From: Paragordius varius
Taxonomy: Eukaryota > Animalia > Nematomorpha
Reading direction: 5' to 3'
NCBI GenBank assembly: GCA_964247055.1
Contig: OZ176055.1
Span: 1,054,001 to 1,118,000 of the forward strand
DNA: 64,000 nt
Shown here: positions 52,901-64,000 of the stretch, piece by piece
Layout of the letters: each line of letters opens with the position of its first letter
Position numbering within the stretch: the first letter of the stretch is position 1
Notes under the pieces: generated by a model
Databases searched by the model: none
Seen by the model: only the letters and a program-made list of their open reading frames with translations
What the model was told of the DNA's origin: nothing
Program-made: the position numbers and the translations under genes

Positions 52901-55886
52901 AAAAAACGCAAAATACACTGTATTCAAGGCAAATTTATGTTCTCTTTACAGATCTAGCCTAATGGTATTGCAAGGACATATGTCCTTGTTGACTTCGTTA
53001 ATATTAAAAACTGTAAAAATTTTCCAAAAATTGTCATCACAACTAAAAACTAAGGTTTTGAGGAAGTAAAAAATATTTAATACTGAGAGTTATTAAATAA
53101 TACTCAAATGTGCGATTTATACTCAAATTAATAAAAAACTTTAAAGACGAAATGAAAAACATATAATCTTATTTTATTGATGAATTTCTTGGAAACTTTG
53201 ACATTTTATACTGAAAATATAATTTCGGAGTTAATGAAAAAATGTATATTTTGAAGTTTTACGACGCGTTTTTTGTAGCATCAAAGATGTAATAAAATTA
53301 AAAATTAATTAAATCATATCACATAAATTAAATATCAAACAGATACTTATAAATAATTTATTAATAAAGTCCATACTAGACATACTACATATATAAAATA
53401 AGTAATTTAATCAATAAATTTGATTACATCTTTTTTATAATGATAATTATTCATTAATATTCATTAATATCTTGCTGAGTAATGCAAAGAGGTGCAGATT
53501 TTTTAAAAAATTTTAGGAAAAACAAAATTTGGATCTAGTTTATATTTGCTGAATAAAAATTGTGCGCACAATATGATATTTTTGAATTTTTTTGAAGAAA
53601 AGCGTTATTTCAAGTAATTCCCAGGAGAAATTTAGTGTCCCACAACACACAAAATGTTAAAAAAATTTTTTTGGACAAAAAATATAAAATATATTTAGTC
53701 TTAAAAAAACTTTTAATTAAAATAATAATAATAATAATAATTTATTTAGAAAAATTCTAATAATTAAAATAGATATTAAACAGACAAATGTGATTGATTT
53801 TTTCCGTATATATATATTTATACTTAATGGGTTAATCATTAGAAAGTAATAAGTGAATAAAAAATTAACCTATAAAAAAACTTGAATACTTTTGACGTAA
53901 TTAGAATTATGATGATGATGAGTTAGTTAGTTAGCTTTACGTTATTAAAACTGCATTGCATACTTTTTAAAACATAATATGGATAGTAATTTGATATGAG
54001 CATAACACGGGTTAAAAACATATAACTATGAGGTGTATTCAGTTATAACTAAACCAAACAATTCATAAAACAAAAATATATAATCAGTTTTTTTGTAAAA
54101 GTTAGGTTCTCTAGTTTGAAATAAAGTAAGATTGGAGGAAAAAAAGTTTGAAAACATTAATTTTTTGGGTTTATAATTGGTTAAAAATATCAAATATTTT
54201 AACATTACTTAAATATTAAATTAAAGGCTTTTTTTGCTGATAAATAAAATTTTTATTAACATTGGTAGTTTTTTCCGTTTTAATAAATTGAGGGTTTTAT
54301 AGAAATCAACTTTCAATATTGAAATTAAAATATATACCTTGGTAAATATGGATTATCTTTGTTGGTAATTATATAACAGACCGAAATATAGTTGAGAATA
54401 CGAATTTATATATAAATTAAAATGGCATCAATATTGTTGCCATGTTATAGATTTATAAGACTATTTATTTATTGATAATAGATTATATCTTTAACATAAT
54501 TTCATTCAAAATATATGTATATCAAAAAAATATATATTACATATATACGTATATTAAAAAATATTTATAAAATATTTAATACAAATATTGATAATATGTT
54601 ATTTTTAATATTTTTTTTATTTTTAATATTTTTTTGAGTAATAAACTGTTGAATGTGTATAATCGATAAAGGATTAAAAATTAAAGTATATTTCTCCTCA
54701 TATTTTATTCATCTTATGTTTTTAATGCCATGTAATGTAAAAAAAATTTCAACCATATAAAAAAAGATATAAATATTTTATTAATTTTTAAATAAAAATA
54801 AATATATTAATATATGTCCACTTAGGAGATATTTTAAAAATATGACAACCTAATAGCATCTATATTGGGAAAATTTTGTAATGTACAGCTTTTCGGATCA
54901 TTCAAGGATTTTTATATTTTCTCTAAGTAAATATACATGTATTTTAAATCATAATATGTTCCAGTTAAAAATATCTTTTAAAACGCGAAAAAAATAATAA
55001 TCGATGGTATTTATAATAACATAAAGAAACAGATGTATCAAAAAAAAAATTAAAATTTAACTGTGTTATTGGAAGCAGAGGTCATTTTAAGATTTAATTT
55101 GCATGAAAACCCACAAAAGATATTTGGAGAAAGATCAAAGAACATATTAATAATTTTATAGTATTAATATAATTTACATACCTCATGGAGCTGTATTTTT
55201 GGAAAAAATGATGTTTTTTGGTGGATATTTAATTTTTTAGACAAGGTATATATTATAAATAAACGATGCTAAATATATAATATTCATTTGGTTTTTCAGA
55301 TATAAAACCCAGTGAACAAAGAAACATTCGATATTTTTATGCAAAGTTTTTAAGCGAAACGGTGGACAGAAATATTACAACCTATTGATTGTCGGCATAA
55401 AATTTTTAACAGACTAAAAATCATTAAAAACGACTATTGTGACTGTAATGAATTATTTTGTGAAAAATCGTATTCCTGATTTAAGGAATTACAAATTTCC
55501 ATTATTAACAATTAATTATTTTAATTTCTATAAACTGATGTTTTAGCCTGTTTTTTGTTTCAGGTCTAACTTTAAAAAAAGAAATAATATCATAATTATT
55601 GGTATTTCTGCAATAATGATTATTAATTTTATAGGAGTTTTATTTTGAGGTAGCCTCTAGAATGATAATAAAAAAATTGCAACAAAAACTGATAAAATCA
55701 TTATTATAACAAATTACTGTCTAAATTAAATGAAAGTTAAAGAATTTTTGAATCTTGTTAGGATTTCATGAAAATTTGAGGTTTAAAATTAATACAATTC
55801 CACATTTTTAGAATTCTTTGTAGCCCAAAAGATAATGTTGTTATTACAGATTAATTGACACAAATTAAAATGATTTTAATAACGAT

Positions 55887-55929
<43 letters not shown>

Positions 55930-56506
55930 GACTCACAAACTTAAAACAATAAGCTCATATTTAAATTTTTGGATAGTTATTATAATTATATAAATATATT
56001 GTTTTATCCCATTTATTCACTGATTTAGCAGAAAAATGTTAAAACGGTTATCAAAAACCGAACCCACGGTCGGGTTTTAAAAAATATTAATATTCAATAC
56101 ATTTTACATAATTCATTATATTTGGCACATAAACACTGATGTTTTTAATTTAGAAGGTATCTCTATAAATTTTCTTCGAAAATATTATTTAACACAAAAT
56201 AGACCTATCGAACTTATAAGCATCCACACTAGATAAAGAGTCGATGTTTCATATTTACAAACTATCAACTAATTTTTTTAAAAAATTGATAAAAAAGTTA
56301 ATTTTATGGAAAACTATTAGTATAAATGATGGATAGAACCATTTTTATTAATTCTTTGTTATTTTTTTGATATTGACGAGTTTGTTATAATATCTGTTTT
56401 TATTATAATGTAAAATCGTCGTCTTAAACGTTTTTTCGCTATATCATTAAAAGCTCAAAAACCCGATTTTTATTGTATTTCCTGGTTATTAATATTTTAG
56501 TTTAAT

Positions 56507-56788
56507 AAGGGGTTGCTAACACGCAGCCTTCCAAAAATTTCAGCCCGCCAGAAATTCTACAATTTACCAAATCTTAAAAAACTTTTTTTTTAAAACAAAT
56601 TGTCTGATCAATATTTCCAAATTTCAGAATGAACCTCCAAATAACAGAAAAATTACTATATTATTACAGTCTTAGATTAAAATATAACAAAATATTTGTT
56701 ATTGCCTTATATCTTTTCCGAATAAGGCCGGCAGGAATATTTATTCAAAAAACGCGGCCCGCGAATCCATTTGTGTTGGACACCCCTG
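56507..56788. mobile_element. hAT-type MITE
   Basis: AGGGGTTGCTAACAC ... GCGGCCCGCG..GTGTTGGACACCCCTG. Confidence 0.6.
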
Positions 56789-57029
56789 ATATTAAATCTA
56801 AAACTTACAAAATAAATAATAATTATAATCATCTTTTAGATACAAATATTTTTGCCTTATATTTGATTAAAACCTTTACGCTTATGTATTTACCCCAAAA
56901 TACAACACTAAAGATTATTCGGTTTAGGCAATGCCTAATTTTTCGTATGATAAATTATCATTCACAACAACAGAATTAAAATCATATGCATAGGAGTAAA
57001 ACACTCATGGCTATAAGCCGTAGTAATTA

Positions 57030-60000
57030 ATGGATAAAAGGGAACAAAAATTAGAGTATTACGAAAAACTTTTAAATGAAACCATAATTAAAAATCAAGT
57101 TTAAATTTTATGATGTCTAAAAATAGGATCCTATTACATCATTAATTCCATCCTTACCAAATTCATTAGATGCTTGGGTACGAGATAATTGTTATGCTGT
57201 ACTGTCGATATGGGCCCTTTCACTTGCCTATAAAAAGTCTGCGGATCAGGACGATGATAAAACTAAGACATATGAATTGGAACAAAAATGTGTTAAACTT
57301 ATGAGAGCCCTGTTAACATGTTTCCTAAAACAAAAAGATAAATTGGAAAAGTTTAAATATAGTCAGGTGACTTTTTAATTTTTATAAACTCTGTAGAATT
57401 CAAAAGATTCATTTCACGCTAAATTTAATGCCCATACATGTGATACGATTGTTGAGGATTTACAATGGGGACATCTTCAAATTGATGCCGTCTCACTTTA
57501 TCTTCTAATTTTGGCCCAGCTAACATCATCTGGTTTTATTTTGGTTTTTTGGATAAAATTTAATAAATATTAATATTTTTAGCGTTCAACTTTTTTTGCA
57601 TATAAAAATTTTCAATGCTATATATATGGAATAAATATGGTATTTATAAAATTAAACGGTTATGTTAGGCAAGTTTTCTACACCGATATTACAATTAAAA
57701 TATAGAAATATTTTTCAACCAAATAGTTTACTACTAAAATTTATATATGTTGGATTAATTTTGCCTTGATTATTTAACAAGTATGTTTATTTGTATTCGT
57801 ATGGTCAATCTTGCAAATCAACTCAAGGAATACACTCTAATATCTAGATGTAATTTTCACCAATCTTGTCTAGATCAGTCAATAATGAGTATCTTATTTA
57901 TTTATTCGTTCAAATTTTGGGGGCGTAGTCATTTTTGTTTTAGATCCTATATCTTTTTGATTTCTGCCATGTTTTGTGAGGATAGTCTAGTAAAATTTCT
58001 CTGAATCTAATTAATAATGTTTTTAAAATATTTTCATCCGCGCGTTCAATATGGTCTTTAACCAACTTACTCATTGGATTATATGATCAAATGCGTTATA
58101 AATTGGGATTTAAATTGTATTTACTCATTTATATTTGGTTTGATGAATCAAGGATTGCTTGTTTTAAGGATTCTATCTTCCATTCGTAAGAATTTAATTT
58201 TTATTAGTTTTACTCAGTGGATAGGTTTTTGTGTGCCGTGTGTAACAACTCACCGTGTCGCTATAGTGTATATCTTTGCTTTAGTCTTAAGCTTTATTTT
58301 TTATTATTTGCCACTGTCATAATGATATATATATGATTGAGAATGAGTTTTTAGTAGAGTAGATTTTTATATTTTCAAAGTTATGTATGTACAAAATTGT
58401 CTTGGGATGTGTTTATGAATATGAGTGTTAAATCTTAGCCAACAAAATCTGCCACGAGTTTTTCTGTTCTTTTATCGCCTGTAATTCTATCACGTTGAAA
58501 GGTAGAGCGGATTTAAAAAGGAAATTTTGAGACAAGCCGGAATTTATTTGAAGTTTTTGAATAAAGTTAATTATAGGCGGTTTTTATTTTACTATAGCTA
58601 TTGTGGTAAAGATTCTTAAATGCTATAATTAGCCATTCTTTACAAACCCTTTCTTCTTAAGAGCATCCATGATATTACAGTAAAAATCTAAATTATACGG
58701 ACAACATATAAAGACAAAATTTTTTTTCAAAAGAACGCTGAACTTTATAACCTTGATTGTTTAATAACTATTGTTTTTAAATTACAAAATATGAAATAGA
58801 GATGTAAATTGGTAACACAATCATTTTATATTTTTAATTGTAATAAATTATTTATATAGGAAGGTTTAAAAATGGGGTTGTCTTTCGAAAAATTTATATT
58901 TTAACGTTTATATATACAATTTCAATTTTTATTATAGTGTAATGAATACACTATTAGAAATCTTTTTCCCAGGTCAACAAAGGTGTAATGAAGTTGGATC
59001 TAAACATACCATCTATTATATACTTTTTTAATATTTAATAAATAATTTTTAAGTTTATCGAACAGAATATCATATATTATCCTTAGTCTAGATTTTTAAT
59101 AGGCCTTTAAAGGCCTGTATGACATATATATCGCCTTTCCTTTTGTAAATTGGTATTTGATAAAAAAATTTCCATTCATCACGGAGTTTATCTGTTTCAA
59201 CTTTGGATAAATTAAAATATAGAATTATTTAAGAAAGTATTGGTTTTAGAATAAATTTCAGCAAAATCTAAATTATAATCAAATTAATTGGTAAAAAAAT
59301 ACTTTATGTAACATTAGTAGTTTTTATCAAAATTTATGTCAGCATTTTCATATAATTAATAGTCCATGGATGCCCATTTTTTTTTATTTTTGTGTGACAA
59401 TTATTTTTTTCATGTTATAATAATAGGTATGCAAATAATATTTACGTTGGATGAGGTATCTTTCATACAAAATATGGTATTTTACATTGAAGAAGCTTAT
59501 CGGATTGCTGTAAGTAACTTTATTACAAAAATTTAATCATAAAAGTTTTGATAATCTTTCAGCAATAATGATATTAATTGGGGAAAATGATAGATAATTT
59601 TGGTTATGAAAAAATACTAAAATTTGATCGCCAACTTTTATAATTTTACGATTCTAAGTGCAATGAATCATTTTTTTATAATTATTCTATTGATTTTAAC
59701 ATGACGGTACATTGATATCAGTAAATGCATGAAACTTTATTAGTTTACCATTAAGATTGACAATAAAAATTGAAATATGAAACCTAAAAATTAATAGGCA
59801 ATTTTTTTTTAGAAAACAAATACATAGAATTTTCATATACCTTGTTTTTTTTACATTGTACAATATAATTACGAATTTGAAATATGTATAATTGGATCTA
59901 AACAATTTACATTTATTTCTATAAATTATTTTACAACCCAAAACACAAAATGTTTCATTTAAATAATCAAGGTTTTATTGTTCCTTTTGGTTCTGAATCA

Positions 60001-62743
60001 TAATTTTTACTGTACGTATTTTTATCCATTGAGTTATACATATATGAAAAAATTTACAGGATTATGGAATATGGGAACGCGGGCAGAAAACTAATCAGGG
60101 CTTACCGGAACTCAATTCAAGTTCCATCGGAATGGCTAAAGTAAGTTTTTTTAAATTTTTTAAATAAAAAATATACCATTTGCACTGCAAGAGTGTCCTT
60201 GAACACTTCAAGTTGGTCCTTAAAATTTATAAATTTTGATTTAACCATAATTTTTGCACTTATTTTTATATTTTATTATTTATTAACCTAATTTTCCTTA
60301 TTTATTATGTATTTATTCATTTAAAAATAAAAGATTTTATTGAAAAACCACTTTTTTGTTTCAATTTTTTTTTTCAATTGAACAAAATTATTAACTTTTA
60401 AATGTTTTTAACAAAAAATAACAATTTATAACCCAGAAAACTTAAATATTTTTCATTTCATGTTAAAATCTTATAAACATCCAAAATTATTTTAAGAAAT
60501 TAATAAAGATATACGGTTTCTCAATGATTAAAAGTTGATATCAATTTAAAATTTATGTTAAATAATAGAAAATAGTAATGAAGTTAGAATCGTCGTAAAA
60601 TAACGCAAAAATAAAAATATAATTTATTAATTCTCAAATTTTCGCCATAGGCATCATCAGGAGATTAGTTAAGAAAAATATATATAATATAAGAAAATAA
60701 AAATTAAATTAAAAAAATGAATAAAATCATGGTTGATATTACTTATATAGGAAAAAAATCACAAAATAACCGTTAGTGGACAAAGGAAAGAAAGATCACA
60801 AAGAAAACCGTGTGATGTAAAAAAAACCAAATGTGTATTTTTTTTTTCACAAAAATTAATTGTAATGCTATAAATAAAATAATAATTTAACATGAAACAA
60901 TGTAAGCGTAAAATTATTAAAATTTAAGTAATATCTACACTATAAAATGGTTTGGATAACAACCATGAATGCTCAAACAGAATTGACGTTTTAGTCGTTG
61001 AAAGAAAATACAGCGCAAGGATAACAAAAGAAGCACTCTTTATACAGAGCGCAGAAGATGGTTTGCTTAATCGCCGTGAAAAAAGGAAAGCTATAAATTC
61101 TGAAACTAAATCATTTATAAAAGATTATCGAATTTTTAATGACAAACCATTTTATAGTGTAGATATTACTTAAATTTTAATAATTTTACGCTTACATTGT
61201 TTCATGTTAAATTATTATTTTATTTATAGCATTACAATTAATTTTTGTGAAAAAAAAATACACATTTGGTTTTTTTTACATCACAACGGTTTTCTTTGTG
61301 ATCTTTCTTTCCTTTGTCCAATAACGGTTATTTTGTGATTTTTTTTTCCTATATTAGTAATATCAACCATGATTTGATTCATTTTTTTAATTTAATTTTT
61401 ATTTTCTTATATTATATATATTTTTCTTAACTAATCTCCTGATGATGCCTATGGCGAAAATTTGAGAATTAATAAATTATATTTTTATTTTTGCGTTATT
61501 TTACGACGATTCTAACTTCATTACATTACAAACTCTCGTCGTTACCCACTCAATTAATAGAAAATAGGTTAAAAACAATAAAATAGATGAATTATTTACG
61601 ATTTGATCGATAAAAGTTAAAAACAAAACAAAAAGGTTAAAGGACCAACAACTGTTCAAGGACCAACTTGAATTGTTCAAGGACTCTCTTGAAGTGCAAA
61701 TGGTATATGCTAAATATTATCACCTGTTTTCTTGATTAGGTTAGGGTTTAAAAAAAGCGAGGATATATATAGCAGTTAGGTCATAACTTATAATTTGGGT
61801 TTTTTGAAATTTGCATTGGAAAATGTGTAGTGCCGTAAAATTTCAGCATATGATTAGTTTTGCCTTAAATTTTTAGCCAATAAGCAATTTATATGCATAT
61901 AAATTTTAATATATTTGTAATAAGGAATATTGGGATTGAGAACAATTAGGGAAATTTCATTAAAATCTTGTAAAAATAGATTGAATAGTTTTTGTTATAA
62001 AAATTATTGTAATTCATTTTCTTCAATAAAAATTTATTTATCATTAATATAGTTTATATATATATTATAATAATGAATGAATTGTTCCAGGAGTTTAATT
62101 ATCATAATTTTCATGATTTTTAACTTGTTTGAAGAAACATTTTTACGTCCATTGAAAAAATACTTTTATCATTTTAAATATCAATAATTATCTTGATTTT
62201 TTTTATAATTATCATTGTTTTAGATATTTTAAACATACTTTATTTTTTAATTTTATGTAAAAAAAAAATATTTTTTGATATAGGCAGCACTTGAAAGCCT
62301 AAATGAACTGGATTTATTTGGGGCCACAGGGGGCCCACAATCCATTATCCATTGTGTGGCGGGTGAATCTCATCAATGTGAAGTAATTTATTAAAGCATA
62401 AAATTGTGTATTTTTAATTTTTTTCCAGTTACATTTTTATAAATGTAAAATTATTCCATATTTTAGTATAAATTAATCAATTATTAACTTTTTTGAAACT
62501 GTTTGAAAACCAAAAACCGGATCCCCAATTATATATAAAATTAATTTTTAATTAAGTGATATTTTGATATGGGCCTAAACTAAAATTGTTGCAAAAAAAA
62601 TATTGAGAGCTTGTACAATTAATAAATAGTCTTTTGTATAAATTTATGAAGCTGGAAAAATTTTTGTACTAAGATTATCTCTAACCGAAACTATTTTTTT
62701 AAACATATTATGGAATTTAAACGGTAAGGAAAAACTTTATGAT

Positions 62744-62774
<31 letters not shown>

Positions 62775-64000
62775 TTTAACTTTAACACTCATTAATATTT
62801 GTGCGACAGATTGTTTTGGAGTCTATGCTACCCCGTGAATCTAATTCAAAGGTTATAATTTATAAATTATTGGTTATTATGCTGGTATTTTACATTTTTT
62901 TGAAGATTTTATGTTAAATTTTATATATATATTAAATAATTTCCATTTCTAAAATGTAACCCCTACGGTTATTTTTTTTTAAAAAAAAGGAAAATTTAAA
63001 GTAATTTTTTCAAACACGCCATTTTCCCACCTTATTCAAACCTTACATTTGTGACATAAGTCCTTAGAAAACGCAATTTGCATAAAAACATAAATTAAAT
63101 TTTAATTATAAATTTATAATATAAATATAAAATAATAATTCTTCAACTTATTTTTTTAGGGGTGCTTTAAATGAATTTTAAGCTTTTTTATCGCTTATAA
63201 TTAATTACCATGTAACTAACAACCAATTAGATAATATACCATTTACAATTCAAATTTACCACTTGAAATATCCATATTCACTCTATTATTAATAATTAAT
63301 TATGTGCTTTCGGGATAATATATCTCATTATTAATATGAAATATTTTTATAGGGTATAGTTTAATATTTTTTAGAGTATTATGTTAATTTTATTAAACAA
63401 AATTTTTTTTATATTTTAAAAATATAACATACTATATGTAATTTTTAATATATAAAAATAAAAATTTGTAATTTGCTTTAGGGTGAATTTAAATTGTTCA
63501 AGGGTAAATTTGAGTTTTAAATGGTTTATTATACTTAGATTTTTATTTTATGTTTTTTATTTAATGTTTTGATTTTGAAGGAAATCGATTCGGCCATACT
63601 TTTTATTCTGGGTTTCCCAGCCTTTGCCATTGACAGTAAAACAGTTATAACGCACACTAAACAAATGATTATAGATAAGTTACAAGTATAATTCCATCTT
63701 TTTATTAAAAAAAAATTGTTTTATTTTTTATCTTAAAACCTCTTTTTAGGGTAAATATGGATTCAAAAGATTCTTACGTGATGGCTATAAAACGGCTTTA
63801 GAGGTACGGATATTTAAAAACTTTATGAACTTTTTAGCTAAAATTGTATATATATGAACCTTTTAGCTAAAACTATATAAAATTTAATTTTGGATTATAA
63901 AGGATGTCAGTAGATTATATTACGATCCTTTGGAGTTGAGAACGTTCGAGAACATTGAATGTGAATGGCCAATGTTTTTTGCACTCATGAAGATTGATGC
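57030..64000 (+). CDS. PHKA: Phosphorylase b kinase regulatory subunit alpha, 5' portion (continues beyond the window)
   Basis: Exons: 57030-57098, 57127-57366, 57397-57532, 59427-59509, 60060-60140, 62284-62382, 62810-62851, 63581-63685, 63750-63803, 63903-64000+. Motifs: [72 protein letters not shown]. Confidence 0.96.
57780..58640 (-). mobile_element. Possible highly degenerate LINE fragment in a PHKA intron
   Basis: Stop-ridden but protein-like frames (GRFCWLRF; [14 protein letters not shown]) reminiscent of the endonuclease/linker region. Confidence 0.25.
58678..58934. mobile_element. MITE family B copy
   Basis: TA|CAGTAAAAATCTAAATTATACGGAC...AATTTCAATTTTTA. Confidence 0.55.
60628..60667 (-). 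ncRNA. Second copy of the hammerhead-like motif in the inverted arm
   Basis: Exact reverse complement of 61432-61471. Confidence 0.62.
61432..61471 (+). ncRNA. Minimal type I hammerhead ribozyme-like motif (sense to the PLE ORF)
   Basis: TAATCTC-CTGATGA-T-GCC-TAT-GGC-GAA-AATT-T-GAGA-ATTA: core boxes, 3-bp stem II, stem I TCTC/GAGA, and a loopless palindromic stem III. Confidence 0.65.
63239..63524. mobile_element. MITE family A copy
   Basis: TATA|CCATTTACAATTCAAATTTACC...TAAATGG. Confidence 0.62.

Larger units (their letters stand above)
60576..61554 (+). mobile_element. 5'-truncated Penelope-like element with inverted pseudo-LTRs
   Basis: Near-perfect inverted arms 60575-60954 and 61143-61524. 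The spacer encodes a GIY-YIG-like C-terminus ([15 protein letters not shown]...LNR). There is a 30-bp tail at 61525-61554 and a TSD TAATAGAAAATAG at 60563-60575 and 61555-61567. Confidence 0.85.
60176..61703. mobile_element. Family-A-related MITE hosting the Penelope-like insertion
   Basis: TATA|CCATTTGCACTGCAAGAGTGTCCTTGAAC ... GTTCAAGGACTCTCTTGAAGTGCAAATGG|TATA. Confidence 0.7.

Noticed and set aside
55300-55480. pogo-like EILQPID transposase fragment
   Set aside because: A single short motif among stops with no TIRs identified; insufficient.
61734-61750. Telomere-like TTAGG/TTAGGG
   Set aside because: Only two imperfect units; expected by chance.

Overview
Very AT-rich animal genomic DNA; the taxon cannot be fixed from this window, but the proteins look protostome-like. 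I built gene models by hand from GT-AG boundaries and recalled protein similarity. There are five spliced genes: RUVBL2 (minus, 15 exons, 471 aa), IGBP1/alpha4/TAP42 (plus, 8 exons, 367 aa), RPL9 (minus, 4 exons, 188 aa, with a TCT/5'TOP motif), an orphan class A GPCR (minus, 2 exons, about 1658 aa, with a third intracellular loop of about 1130 aa), and the 5' part of a phosphorylase kinase alpha subunit (plus, running off the window). Introns and intergenic DNA are full of non-autonomous elements: several MITE families, a hAT/Buster element with a dead transposase, Helitron-like elements with internal ~300-bp tandem units, two 5'-inverted RTE-like LINE remnants, a ~1-kb foldback, and a Penelope-like element with inverted pseudo-LTRs. 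The strongest observations are: (1) frame-required GT-AG introns of only 23-31 nt in three conserved genes, alongside kb-long introns; (2) the RUVBL2 and IGBP1 start codons only 29 bp apart, head to head; (3) a Penelope-like palindromic insertion with a TSD, a tail and two minimal hammerhead-ribozyme motifs; (4) the giant-loop GPCR. Transposon boundaries are approximate unless a TSD is given.
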